From assembly GCA_016839785.1 (NCBI GenBank), contig JAEOTQ010000089.1, positions 1 through 36,617 on the forward strand: a stretch of 36,617 nucleotides of DNA. The letters are read 5' to 3'. The notes under the pieces are model-generated. The model was given only the letters and a program-made list of their open reading frames with translations, ran no database searches and had not been told where the DNA came from. Below, piece after piece: positions 1-9,941 of the stretch; within the stretch, counting starts at the first letter, position 1; every line of letters begins with the position of its first letter. The translations under genes were made by a program, and so were the position numbers. The DNA is from Candidatus Hodarchaeota archaeon. GTDB lineage: Archaea; Asgardarchaeota; Heimdallarchaeia; Hodarchaeales; Hodarchaeaceae.

Positions 1-2
1 CG

Positions 3-932
3 AATTATTTGTTCAGGCAGGCATTTATTATGACATTTAATGTAGAGGCATACATTGACGAGGAACTACATGGATTTGGGCAGGTTCTCCATGGGTGCAT
101 TCTGCAAAATATGTCAGGGTATCATGAAACAATTATTACGGACGGTTTTCAACCTGCATATAATCCTGCACTTGCAAAGACTATATTTGAGCAACTTGGT
201 TGGCAGGGTTCAATAACCTGCTGTTATGATGAACGTCAACCGACCCAGTTAAGTGTTCTTTCCCATTTACAGCAATCAATTGAAGCGCTTGACGTTGGCA
301 TCAGTCTAAATGTTCAGGAAGTCAGTTGGCCAACATATCTTTGTATATACAAAGTTTTACCTTTGAACCTGATAGAGTGGACTCCCCCTTATTCTACTCC
401 AGAGATGTATATCGATCCTTTCTATAAATATTTCTCCTCCTATCTGAATTATACGAATCCCCTGCTTACTGAGTACCGTGAGGCCCTCAAGAAAGAGTCC
501 AATCCCATCATTCGTGAGTTATTATATTCCAAAATTGAAGAACTTGCAGCAAGAGATCATCCATATATCCCACTTTATCAAGAAATAACACTGTCAGTAC
601 GGAGATCATGGGTACAAGGCGACTACGAAAGTTGCCTCCACCCACTGAGGAAGTTATCACAACCATGGGAACGGATAAAGAAGCAGGAAATGAGTACCGA
701 AGTGATTGAAACATCCGTTCCAAGTACAAATCCCTCGTACACTTCTGTAAGCACAACTCACGAGGAAACGACTTCCTCCTCAACAGTCGAGAGTATACCT
801 GTAGTAATAAACCCTTCGCAGACGAGGCCTGCTCCTGAAGGCTTTGTTCTTTTTTTAGTAACTGAAACAGTTACCTTGGGGTCGCTTTTTTTGATGATAA
901 TTTTAAAATCTCGCCACAGAAGAAAAAAGTGA
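3..932 (+). CDS. ABC transporter substrate-binding protein (family 5, peptide/nickel type), 5'-truncated, C-terminally anchored
   Basis: Frame is open from the window start. FRQAF..FN, YNPALAK, W.P.Y..P and 'R..LY..IEE..A.D.PYIPLYQ' are typical of the SBP_bac_5 C-terminal half. Followed by an S/T linker, TM helix and RHRRKK tail. Confidence 0.8.
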   Translation, partial: NYLFRQAFIMTFNVEAYIDEELHGFGQVLHGCILQNMSGYHETIITDGFQPAYNPALAKTIFEQLGWQGSITCCYDERQPTQLSVLSHLQQSIEALDVGISLNVQEVSWPTYLCIYKVLPLNLIEWTPPYSTPEMYIDPFYKYFSSYLNYTNPLLTEYREALKKESNPIIRELLYSKIEELAARDHPYIPLYQEITLSVRRSWVQGDYESCLHPLRKLSQPWERIKKQEMSTEVIETSVPSTNPSYTSVSTTHEETTSSSTVESIPVVINPSQTRPAPEGFVLFLVTETVTLGSLFLMIILKSRHRRKK

Positions 933-1090
933 TTTTTCCAAATTCAACCGAGTGCTCTTTGAAACAGAAGAGGATTAAATAATCCAAATATTTTAGAGAG
1001 GATCCTCATCTCATAGAATCAGGAAAGTTATTTCTTTAAAAAACCGATTTAAGGAAATGTAGATCAATTTCAATGGAGCTATCCCCCATA

Positions 1091-1396
1091 ATGAAGATAA
1101 TTGCCATCGAGAAAGAATTACCTGCCAGTACACCACAAATTTTCAAAAAATATTCAGAATCAGAAGCATTAGAAGCCTGGAATTTATACCAAGAAGGATT
1201 CATCCGCGAAATGTATTTTCGAGCAGATCAATCCAGTGCAATTCTAATCTTAGAAAGCGAAAACATAGGGGAGGCAAACACGATGCTCCAACGACTCCCC
1301 TTTGTTAGGAAAGGATTAATTTCATTTGAACTTATTCCTCTAAAACCTTATCCAGGATTCTCACGACTCTTCAAAGCTCAATCTAGGGATGACTAA
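1091..1396 (+). CDS. Muconolactone isomerase/YciI-like dimeric alpha+beta barrel protein
   Basis: EA..AW.LY..G.IRE.Y...D...A.LILE...LP.V..GLI.F..IPL.PYPG pattern; second ATG (1091) chosen as start. Confidence 0.65.
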   Translation: MKIIAIEKELPASTPQIFKKYSESEALEAWNLYQEGFIREMYFRADQSSAILILESENIGEANTMLQRLPFVRKGLISFELIPLKPYPGFSRLFKAQSRDD

Positions 1397-1616
1397 TTGG
1401 GAAAGCTATTTCTTGGATATCAGTTCAAATGCAATCCTTATACTCAGGAATATCATATAACACCACATACGTGCCACATTGCATGCTAAATACGTTGATC
1501 GAAGTCGACAAGGATTTATTCGTTACTCTCTTGCTTTATTTTAACTAAATTAACAGATTAATCATTCCATTCTACTGGGGAGATTTAACCTAGACATGTG
1601 ATAAGGATTCAATTTG

Positions 1617-2912
1617 CTATGAGTATAAGCTGTTAAGACTGGATTTTGCATAATCAAGCACTGCATCAACTTCGTGTAATGATGATCCTGTACCCAGAAC
1701 AGTTACTTTTCCATCTGATAATGGGCCAACATTAAACGGAAATACGATTCCTTCACTCTCTTCATCCGTATAGAGGATAGAACTCCAAACTCGCTGAAGA
1801 TCGGAAAAATTGAACCCTTTTCGGGGGAGATGAATATTTTGAGCTCTAGCAGCTCTAATGTAGCTATCTCGTTCTTCAAGACGCTTCACAAGTTCCCAAG
1901 GGTACATTGCACCAGTGATCCGGGGGTTACATTCAGCAGCAAATATCCCACTCTTAGTTGAAATATAATCGATTCCGAAAGGCCCAATAAACCCTTCACT
2001 TGCGAATTGTTTAGCAATTGTTAATGAATAATCATTGACTTGTTTTTCATCAAATTGAACAGGAAATTCATTACCAATGTGAGATGTTTCAGTATCAAGG
2101 ATTTGATTCGAAGTTCTGAGATGGAAAATCTGCTTATCATTTGATATAAACAGAACGGCTGACGGATCCGCGTATGTGTCATAAAAAGATTCCACGAGAA
2201 ATCGATCTCCCAGGTTACTTGCAATTATCAGTTCTTGGAGCTTAGGAGAAGTAAGACAGTCAATGATATAAGTAGACGATGCTGAGGCTCCATATTCACC
2301 TCTGACAATCACTTTCCCCGTTTCATCGATTCTTTTTCTTATAACATTCACTAATCCTTCCAAACCTTTTTCATTTTTGGATTTTAAAGTAAAATGATCT
2401 TCAATGATAACCGGGACTCCTAATCTTCTACACAGGGTTTTGAAATTAATTTTACTATCGTATTTATGTACAATTTTCGGATCTGCGTACATTGTCAAAT
2501 TTAGATATCTACTTACTTGATGTTCTAAGGCTCCACCAAAATAAGGGCTTAGGATGGCATCATTATAACAGGCACCTAAATGGGAATGAACAGTAAATTT
2601 GGTACCATTCTTTATGACTCTTTCAGGCAATGTTTCCGTGGGTTTTCCATTGAGAACTACAATCTTTTTTGTCCCAAAATCTTGACTTTCAAGCCATTTT
2701 AAGTACGATGGATCTGGTTGAACTTTTGTAAGTATTACATCATCCGAACGAGCAATCGGAACAGCCCGGTCGTATTTCTCAATCCCATCAACTTGGGAGA
2801 TAATTTTGGAGAAGTTAGGTAAAGTGTTAATTTCATGAAGGAAAACGACAGGAGATCCTAATAATTCTACGAAAGATCCATAATTCTCGTGATATTGATA
2901 ATCGTCTTTCAA
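1617..2912 (-). CDS. ATP-grasp peptide ligase, PGM1/BesA-related
   Basis: DSKINFK, GASASS loop, LVE...PS, 'NQIL....HIGN.FP', GFIGPFGIDY and ECNPRITGA ATP-grasp motifs. TTG start overlaps the upstream stop (TTGA); AGGTGA RBS. Confidence 0.8.
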   Translation of the reverse strand: MKDDYQYHENYGSFVELLGSPVVFLHEINTLPNFSKIISQVDGIEKYDRAVPIARSDDVILTKVQPDPSYLKWLESQDFGTKKIVVLNGKPTETLPERVIKNGTKFTVHSHLGACYNDAILSPYFGGALEHQVSRYLNLTMYADPKIVHKYDSKINFKTLCRRLGVPVIIEDHFTLKSKNEKGLEGLVNVIRKRIDETGKVIVRGEYGASASSTYIIDCLTSPKLQELIIASNLGDRFLVESFYDTYADPSAVLFISNDKQIFHLRTSNQILDTETSHIGNEFPVQFDEKQVNDYSLTIAKQFASEGFIGPFGIDYISTKSGIFAAECNPRITGAMYPWELVKRLEERDSYIRAARAQNIHLPRKGFNFSDLQRVWSSILYTDEESEGIVFPFNVGPLSDGKVTVLGTGSSLHEVDAVLDYAKSSLNSLYS

Positions 2913-4432
2913 ACCGTCACCTTCCTTTTGAATGAGAGGTACAAATGAGCTAGTTGGTCTGTATTAGTGGGATCTACCAAAAAATCTGAAACTTTTTGCT
3001 CAAAAAACCAAGACGAGATATCTTGGATAGATTTACCACCGAGAATATCAAATTGTCCTTGGAGAAATTCTAAGAATCGTACGTAATAATCCACCAGTCG
3101 ATAATTTGGAGAATTGTTTTGTTTGTATAAATTATAGAATTTCTCACTTAAATTCGGTGTCCGATGGATTAAATAAATGAGATATGCTAAACTTTTAGCT
3201 CTATCATATTCTCTTTGGGGAAACGTCTTATTTTTGACTAATTTATGCGGAGCCTCTTGCATGTATTCGATCCCATATTTTTCAGGACTTTTATGTAGGT
3301 CACTGCCAGGAAGGCATAGAAGTTCATGGAAGTAAATTCCTTCTGGTTTCAATTTCAGTACAAATTCAGTACTGTCAAGAAATTGGCTATAATTATCGCC
3401 AGGTAATCCTATGATTAGACTAAACCAAAATTCGACTGCAGAATTCCTTTTCCTTATCAGTTGGATATTTTTACGGTAGAGATTCGCATCAAATTTTCTT
3501 TTAATCCTCTTTAATACTTCTGGTGAAGTTGATTGAACTCCAAACGCGAATTCTTCATTATTTAATTGACTGATGAGTTCTACGATGCTTTCATTTGTCA
3601 AATATTCGGGACTAACTTCGAAGGTAATAGGTTTTTTTCGAAAATTGTGCTTTATCAAGAATTTCAGTAATTTTAATGACCTTTCTTTCCTCAAAAAAGG
3701 ATTTGAGTCAGTGATATAAATCGTTCTTACTTTGGGATGATTAAATAAGAATTTAAAAGCAGGTTTCAACTTTTCTAGACTGAAATATCGCATCTTTCTC
3801 TCACCCCAGGTGCAATAAGCACAAGAAAACGGACATCCTCGAGAGGTCTCTATTGCAGCTCGTACAGTGGATTCACTCTTGTTTAGGAAATTTCTATAAT
3901 CCTCATTCTCATATGGTAGAGCGAGCTCATCAAGATTTTTCAATTCTGACTCAGGATTGCTGACTATGGCTGTATTATTCCTATAAACTAAGCCAGGAAC
4001 ATCGTTTCGATTCGTAGAGGAAAGAAACGTTCTGAAAGCAACTTCTCCTTCACCCTTGAATATATAATCTACATAAATATGTTTACGTAGAATTGTTTCT
4101 GCAAGACCACTCGCTTCGGGTCCACCGAGGACAATTGTTGTTCTAGGTAAGTTTTTTTTCAGTATTTTTGCCAAGAGAAGGATTTTATCGAGATTCCAGA
4201 CATAAGTAGTGAAACCATACAAGTCAACATTGGTATCACTTAAATCCTGTAGAATCTCTTCATCGGACGCACCAATTTCATATTGGGCAATCTCTACTGT
4301 ATAATTTTTAGCGATTTCTTTGTCTTTGAGAATATAGCTCTTAATACTGACAGGAGCAAGACTCAAATCTCTACCAGGAAAGCTAAGCGAAACTAATTTA
4401 ATCGAAGATTTATTTTTATTGTTGAATTTCAT
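2909..4432 (-). CDS. Cobalamin (B12)-binding radical SAM enzyme (class B methyltransferase-like)
   Basis: N-terminal B12 domain (GFTTYVWN, IVLGGPEA); ETSRGCPFSCAYC CxxxCxxC; GVQS, LIIGLPGD, LPGS motifs; GAGGT RBS. Confidence 0.92.
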   Translation of the reverse strand: MKFNNKNKSSIKLVSLSFPGRDLSLAPVSIKSYILKDKEIAKNYTVEIAQYEIGASDEEILQDLSDTNVDLYGFTTYVWNLDKILLLAKILKKNLPRTTIVLGGPEASGLAETILRKHIYVDYIFKGEGEVAFRTFLSSTNRNDVPGLVYRNNTAIVSNPESELKNLDELALPYENEDYRNFLNKSESTVRAAIETSRGCPFSCAYCTWGERKMRYFSLEKLKPAFKFLFNHPKVRTIYITDSNPFLRKERSLKLLKFLIKHNFRKKPITFEVSPEYLTNESIVELISQLNNEEFAFGVQSTSPEVLKRIKRKFDANLYRKNIQLIRKRNSAVEFWFSLIIGLPGDNYSQFLDSTEFVLKLKPEGIYFHELLCLPGSDLHKSPEKYGIEYMQEAPHKLVKNKTFPQREYDRAKSLAYLIYLIHRTPNLSEKFYNLYKQNNSPNYRLVDYYVRFLEFLQGQFDILGGKSIQDISSWFFEQKVSDFLVDPTNTDQLAHLYLSFKRKVTV

Positions 4433-4458
4433 AAGACCTCATATATACTGCACCTCTG

Positions 4459-4575
4459 ATGGATCATAGAACTATCACTGTATATGAAGGTTCGTTGGTT
4501 ATTCCCACACAGATATTTCAAAAAAAAGCTGGAGAATTCTGGGTAATTGAAGGATTTATTATCAAAGAAGAATAA
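4459..4575 (+). CDS. Small ORF (38 aa), possible peptide or gene fragment
   Basis: Hand-translated MDHRTITVYEGSLVIPTQIFQKKAGEFWVIEGFIIKEE; divergent from and only ~26 bp from the radical SAM start. Confidence 0.2.
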   Translation: MDHRTITVYEGSLVIPTQIFQKKAGEFWVIEGFIIKEE

Positions 4576-4780
4576 TTTCTTGATCCCTTCTACTCATTTC
4601 TAACTCCAACCCCCTACTTTCATTCTGGATTTATAAACCTTGTTTTACATGCTCCATCCTTAAGATAATTTTGCTTTTACTTGAGGATCACTCTTCCTTT
4701 CTTAAAATCTCAACCCATATTACGAATACAGGTTCTAGAAAAATGGAAGAATAATTCTTCCTCCTCGTTTTTCTTATAGG

Positions 4781-5356
4781 TTGTATCAAGAAGTTCACAA
4801 AGATGAGAAAAATACTGTAAATCAAACTAAAAACTTCAAGATATACCCGTTGAATAATGAGATTGTTTTAATGATCGATAAAATTTTTAGTAAAGACACC
4901 AATTACGGAAATATTTGGAAAATGAAACGTGAATTTTGGTGGGATGATAAAGGCAACCATTCGATTCCTCCAACTCCAGAAGGATTAAAATTCTCAGTTC
5001 ATCACGAAATTGAAAGAAAGAAATCTTATTTAACTCTAATAGGTTGGTTGGAGAACACAAATAATTTTTTACTCGAGGTACCGATTTTTCCCTCCCCTGA
5101 AATATTTAATTTAAAAATTATTAATGTAGACGAGATTAAAATTAAGCCCCAAAGAGGACCCGCTCCTCCCTATCAAGTACCTCCTCCTCCACATGTATTA
5201 TTTATTGATGGTAACGAGAGAATCCAATTTACTGCGGTTTTAAACTTGAATTATTATGAATATCCTACGGGTGAAAAAGCATTAATCGAATGGACTTTTA
5301 GTTATTGGCACGAACCAAGACCCCGAGGACAGATGAAAATTATTTTAGATCCGTGA
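4781..5356 (+). CDS. Hypothetical protein (beta-rich, Pro-rich loop); true start probably downstream
   Basis: 191-aa ORF with protein-like composition from about MKREFWW onward; no family recognised. Confidence 0.55.
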   Translation: MYQEVHKDEKNTVNQTKNFKIYPLNNEIVLMIDKIFSKDTNYGNIWKMKREFWWDDKGNHSIPPTPEGLKFSVHHEIERKKSYLTLIGWLENTNNFLLEVPIFPSPEIFNLKIINVDEIKIKPQRGPAPPYQVPPPPHVLFIDGNERIQFTAVLNLNYYEYPTGEKALIEWTFSYWHEPRPRGQMKIILDP

Positions 5357-5363
5357 ATGTAGC

Positions 5364-5495
5364 TTGGAAACTAAGCAAGATATTTTTACCGCAGTAGAAT
5401 TAGACGAGATCCACGCTAAATTGATAAACCTAGGCTTTAAATATGTGAACATAGATTGCGTTGGATACAAAACTGGTTCTCTAACAAATGAATGA
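5364..5495 (+). pseudogene. larE: C-terminal remnant of LarE-type ATP-dependent sulfur transferase
   Basis: Translates ...LDEIHAKLINLGFKYVNIDCVGYKTGSLTNE*, matching the LarE C-terminal motif LGFxYVxxDxxGY[RK]xGS. In-frame TAG at 5346 upstream. Confidence 0.65.
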
Positions 5496-5617
5496 CAGAT
5501 ATAGCCCTAGTAAAAAAGAAGCAAGAAATTGATTTAATCAAATTTAACCAACTCAGTTTCCTACCTAAATAATGTATCATAAAAAAAGGAAAAGTTAAAT
5601 TATTCCTTTTACATGTA

Positions 5618-8311
5618 TTGGAATATTCAATTTTGAGGGTGAATAATGTGAGAAATCGCTTTTTTATCTATGTTCTGATACTTGTAATAGTTTTGTTTAA
5701 TACTTCTTTTGAAATTAATCTTTACAAGAGAAATCGCGATATCCCTATTTCAAAATTGATGACAAACCCTGACGAAAAATGTACTATGAAAGAAAACTCA
5801 ACGAATACAGTATCTATAGAAGAGAATCTAAGTCTTTCCTATCAATCAAAGGGTAGGTTTTCCCCTAATCGACAAAAAAGGCAAAAAATCTGTTCCGATG
5901 TATTTTTAACAGGACGAGGGTGGGATCAAGGAAATGATACGAATTCGGATGGGCATTTCGAAATATTACTGATAATTATAGAGTTTAACTTTACAATAGC
6001 GGGAAATTACTCTATCAAAATGGAATTAGCTTCTAATGAGAGTTTTTCTTTACAAGTTTCTCCTTTGCGAAAAATAGTCAGTGACTACTGGTCAGAGGGA
6101 GTTTCTAATGTAACCTTTCCTTTGTACCCTGCTTATATTGCATATTCAGAGCGACTAGAAACTACTTTTCAAGTAGAGTCGATACAGATAAAAACAGGCA
6201 TCAATTTTTATGCAAGTGAATTGCTTGTAGCAGAAGTATTCTCAGTCTATTCTACACGGAAGTATAGTTATGAAGAATTTAATGTTCCACCCAACTTTCT
6301 GAATGGAAAATATTATGATGAGGGCATTGATAGTGATGGTGATGGATTATTCGATTACCTAGCTATTATATTTGAGATAAACGTCACAGTAACAGGGGAA
6401 TATAATTTTTTTACTCAATTGATACGAAGCGATAATAGCCAAAATATATTTGGGATGAGTGGCCATACTTTTCTAAGTAAAGGATATTATAATCATTCTA
6501 TCCTTTTCAATCCCGAGAAATTATTCCGCAACAAATCGAGCAGTATTGTTTCATACACTATTGATTGGATACTGACTTATTATAGCATTTCTGTCAATTA
6601 TACCACCCGTACATACAACATGATGGAATTTGCATATCCTAACGTGGAGCCCACGGGGAATTATTGGAATTTTGGTGTCGATCAAAATGCTGATGGAACA
6701 TTTGATCATATCGTAATTATAGTAGAGCTGTGGGTTCACACAACTTATGAGTTTAATCTTCTAATTGAGATTAATTATATCGAGACTTCGTATAATTATA
6801 CGGATTTTCCTGATCTTGACACTGGAGTACAGAATGTAACCATACAACTAGAGACTAGTGGGATCTATTTAGCCTTTTTAGAGGCAGGAATAACGGAAGG
6901 GAGTATCGAAATATCTTTTATTCAGATAACTCATCCTCATAGTCCAACATTTTTCTACCAGGAAATTCTTCCATACTCAACAAGAAATTATCATATTAAT
7001 GAAATTAAACCAAAATCGATACATATCGATGGAAATCATTTATTTGCACTTATTGCTCAAACTTCTGGGTGGAGGGGATTGGGCACTAAATATAGTCCGT
7101 ATATAATTGAAGGGATAATTCAAAATGGTTCTTTCACATATCACCCCTTCATTGAGATTAGAAATACCACTGTTCACTTTGAAATAAAAAACTGTATTTT
7201 AAGCGGAAATGGAATAAGCTTAAAACAGGTTCAAAATGCTAATCTCATTTCTAATGAAATTAATTATGTATTTGTAGGTATTACAATTGCTGATTGTCGA
7301 GATGTTAATCTTGAGAATAATAAAATCTCACACACGACCTATAAAGCTATACACATTCTTCATGGAAGGAATATTCATGTTAGGAATAATTTTCTCACCA
7401 TTGGACGGACTGGGATTGAAATAGACGAATCTAGCAACGTCAGTATAACCGATAATTATATTGAAGGATTCACGGATGTAGGGACGAATTTAAGGGGAGT
7501 TAATGATTCCAAAATCGATCACAATCTAATAAATGAAAACCACTTTGGAATAAAAATTGAAAGATCTCTTTCTAGTGAAGGGAGTTCACCCTCAATTAAG
7601 ATTTTAGTCTCAAATAATTCAATTTGTAATAATAACGAATATGGGTTGATAATCGACCATTATGGTCAGCAAAATCGCATTATTGGTAATGATTTCTTGG
7701 GGAATTATCCGAATCCAAATGTGGGGGAAAATCCCGTCTGGGAAAAAAGTCAAGCTTCCGAAAATGGAAGTGACAACATATTTCTTGGGAATTATTGGGG
7801 AAGTGCTGGTATTTATTCGATAGATGGACTTGCAAACAACGAAGATACCCTTCCTCTTACCTATCCGAATCATTTAAGTAACCCTGACATCATTAAACCG
7901 AATGGAGGGGAGATCTTCACTTCAAATGTCCTCATCCACTGGTATGCCGCGCAGGATACGTTTTCACAGCCAATTAATTACACACTTTACTATTCTCCAG
8001 ATGGTGGAAAACAATGGATCTATTTATGTTCTCAATATGACCAACTGGTATTAATTACTGGACGAGAAGGTTATAGTTACAGATGGAATATTGATCACAC
8101 AATTGTTCAACCAGACTCAGATTATTTCATCCGAGTTATTGCGGAAGATCCATTTGGATTTAGAACTATTAATGACTCTGATTCTAGCTTTGCAATAGAA
8201 AATGCTGAAATAGAGAAAGCTAAATTCACCCCGAATGTTAATGCAATATTTTTTGTCACGACAATTCTTATATTTTGGTTGTTCTCCAAAAAATATTTAC
8301 AAGTACGGTAA
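5618..8311 (+). CDS. Cell-surface protein: three DxDxDGxF repeat domains + NosD/right-handed beta-helix + PNGGE Ig-like domain + C-terminal TM
   Basis: N-terminal hydrophobic signal; DTNSDGHF / DSDGDGLF / DQNADGTF repeats; 'GI.I....N..I..N.I' beta-helix repeats, N.F.GNYW; PNGGE...YSPDGG..W; C-terminal TM + KK. Confidence 0.8.
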   Translation: MEYSILRVNNVRNRFFIYVLILVIVLFNTSFEINLYKRNRDIPISKLMTNPDEKCTMKENSTNTVSIEENLSLSYQSKGRFSPNRQKRQKICSDVFLTGRGWDQGNDTNSDGHFEILLIIIEFNFTIAGNYSIKMELASNESFSLQVSPLRKIVSDYWSEGVSNVTFPLYPAYIAYSERLETTFQVESIQIKTGINFYASELLVAEVFSVYSTRKYSYEEFNVPPNFLNGKYYDEGIDSDGDGLFDYLAIIFEINVTVTGEYNFFTQLIRSDNSQNIFGMSGHTFLSKGYYNHSILFNPEKLFRNKSSSIVSYTIDWILTYYSISVNYTTRTYNMMEFAYPNVEPTGNYWNFGVDQNADGTFDHIVIIVELWVHTTYEFNLLIEINYIETSYNYTDFPDLDTGVQNVTIQLETSGIYLAFLEAGITEGSIEISFIQITHPHSPTFFYQEILPYSTRNYHINEIKPKSIHIDGNHLFALIAQTSGWRGLGTKYSPYIIEGIIQNGSFTYHPFIEIRNTTVHFEIKNCILSGNGISLKQVQNANLISNEINYVFVGITIADCRDVNLENNKISHTTYKAIHILHGRNIHVRNNFLTIGRTGIEIDESSNVSITDNYIEGFTDVGTNLRGVNDSKIDHNLINENHFGIKIERSLSSEGSSPSIKILVSNNSICNNNEYGLIIDHYGQQNRIIGNDFLGNYPNPNVGENPVWEKSQASENGSDNIFLGNYWGSAGIYSIDGLANNEDTLPLTYPNHLSNPDIIKPNGGEIFTSNVLIHWYAAQDTFSQPINYTLYYSPDGGKQWIYLCSQYDQLVLITGREGYSYRWNIDHTIVQPDSDYFIRVIAEDPFGFRTINDSDSSFAIENAEIEKAKFTPNVNAIFFVTTILIFWLFSKKYLQVR

Positions 8312-8563
8312 TTTTAGGATGAGAAAAATTATTTTTTCTTAGGATTACTGTTTCTTTCACTTGTTACTGATAACTTGTAGAAATCTTCGTCACGTTGTTG
8401 CTGTAACTCATTCAATTCCTTCATGATTTCATGTATGTCTTTCTCCTATTCTTAAAACATTTTTAGAAAGTGCAAAATAGATGTGAAACTTATAAATTCA
8501 TTCTCCCATATCTAAAGCTCATCGAAAATTACAGAGAAAAGTGAAAGGCTGTTATTCGAATAA

Positions 8564-9241
8564 TCATTCTTTGAAGAAGCCAACAACGACAAAGTTTTCG
8601 TCATGCTGGTCTTTGTGTTCAACAAGCCAGCGTTCGAGAGTATCAGCATAGAGGGCTTTCATACGTTGACCGAAGTCGGCGAATTCATCATTGGTGAGAA
8701 GAAGGACATCGAGGGAGGGACCAGGGAAATGCTTATTAGTTTCAAGAAAAGATTTGAGCTTGGCATCAGACATGCCTTGAAGGAACTTTTTCTTTTCAGA
8801 CAGGGCGGCAATGCCAAAATTGATTTTTTCGATGATAGCATTCTTGACATTACCATCGCAGTATTCACAGTCAGGATCGGTAGAGTCGGCATCAGCGGAG
8901 AGATTTTCAAGATAACGGTCAGCAGAATAAATCCATTGTTTTTTCTTCTTGCCATAGCCTTTTTTGGCTTTTTTCTTGACCCGGGAATAATAGCCGACGT
9001 TCATATGCGGTTTAGATTCGTGTTGACGATATTCAACTTTAACCCAGCCCTTATCTTCCAATTCTTTTAGATAGTTATAGGTGGTCTGGCGTTTAAGACC
9101 AAGAGATTCCTGGATATCCTTGGCAGTAAGCTCAGTTTTACGTAATAAAAGCCAAAGAATGGAGGGGCGAATCAATTCACCAGAGGAGTAAATATTGTCT
9201 TCTTTTTTGGATTCATCAATCGGGGTGCTGGCGGTACTCAA
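8564..9241 (-). CDS. Winged-HTH transcriptional regulator (ArsR/TrmB-like) with CxxC
   Basis: IRPSILWLL...LTAKDIQESLGLKRQTTYNYLKELEDKGWV HTH; CEYC. TTG at 9241 preferred over 9379, whose extension looks non-coding. Confidence 0.75.
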   Translation of the reverse strand: MSTASTPIDESKKEDNIYSSGELIRPSILWLLLRKTELTAKDIQESLGLKRQTTYNYLKELEDKGWVKVEYRQHESKPHMNVGYYSRVKKKAKKGYGKKKKQWIYSADRYLENLSADADSTDPDCEYCDGNVKNAIIEKINFGIAALSEKKKFLQGMSDAKLKSFLETNKHFPGPSLDVLLLTNDEFADFGQRMKALYADTLERWLVEHKDQHDENFVVVGFFKE

Positions 9242-9446
9242 AATGCAATCCTGTCCTAAACAAAAACGGTCCCAAAAGGGAAACAAGAACCACAGAGGGA
9301 ACGATTCGTCTAAAGAACCCAAAGACGACCGCTTATATAAGTCAATCCATAAAACCACATTAAGCCAAAAAAATATCATTTATCCAAAATATATACCATG
9401 CCAAAAAAGATACACTTATAAATCCATGAATTAGTATCTATCCAAG

Positions 9447-9471
9447 AAGTGGAAACATACAAACTCCACTT
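9447..9471. promoter_or_regulatory. 7-11-7 inverted repeat, possible operator or 5' hairpin
   Basis: AAGTGGA (9447-9453) / TCCACTT (9465-9471), downstream of TATA-like CTTATAAA (~9415) and upstream of the 9494 gene. Confidence 0.3.
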
Positions 9472-9493
9472 ACAAACTTAAGGATGTGTTTAT

Positions 9494-9739
9494 ATGGGAA
9501 CCAAAAACGTTGTTGAAACGAAAAAGGCGGTTGAATTCACTTATCTTCCTAACTTCCGTCGTTTAGTTAAACCATTACTAATATTTCTGGCTGTCCTCAG
9601 TCCTATACTTGCCTCATATTTAATCTCTCCCTCTAATATCGTTGTTGGTGCTATCACTGTTGTTAGCTTCAGTATTGTAGGTCTTTTCATCTTTCAAACC
9701 ATTTATGGTTTAATCCTCTTCAAACGATATTTTTTATAA
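9494..9739 (+). CDS. Small two-TM membrane protein
   Basis: 81 aa, two hydrophobic helices, AAGGA RBS; divergent from the HTH regulator. Confidence 0.7.
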   Translation: MGTKNVVETKKAVEFTYLPNFRRLVKPLLIFLAVLSPILASYLISPSNIVVGAITVVSFSIVGLFIFQTIYGLILFKRYFL

Positions 9740-9751
9740 GGAATTAATGAT

Positions 9752-9941
9752 GATGGTTCAGGGCTTCAATCACATTACGGCAATAACCCAGTTAATTTTT
9801 GAGCGGATTAACTACCCTGCCCTGAACCCTCCATCTTTTCCGCTGGGAAGATTTTTTTCTGCTTACCGTCAGGAAGTCTTGTCTCTTAAATGAAAGTGAG
9901 TACACCTACAAATACTTTCTCTCCCTACTTGACTTCCTGAC
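9752..9941. other. Two nested stem-loop structures (candidate ncRNA or ssDNA element end)
   Basis: GGTTCAGGGC 9755-9764 / GCCCTGAACC 9819-9828 enclosing AGTTAAT/ATTAACT; GTCAGGAAGTC 9868-9878 / GACTTCCTGAC 9931-9941 enclosing GAAAGT/ACTTTC. Confidence 0.5.

Noticed and set aside
1397-1616. Precursor peptide downstream of the ATP-grasp ligase
   Set aside because: Only ORFs under 20 codons with no RBS on the minus strand.
8329-8445. Minus-strand coding-like helix EKDIHEIMKELNELQQQRDEDFYKLS
   Set aside because: Short, bounded by stops and not assignable; possibly a remnant but unsupported.
8603-9070. 155-aa plus-strand ORF (also 8659..8955 and 9195..9434)
   Set aside because: Antisense or alternative-frame shadows of the wHTH gene, with no motifs of their own.
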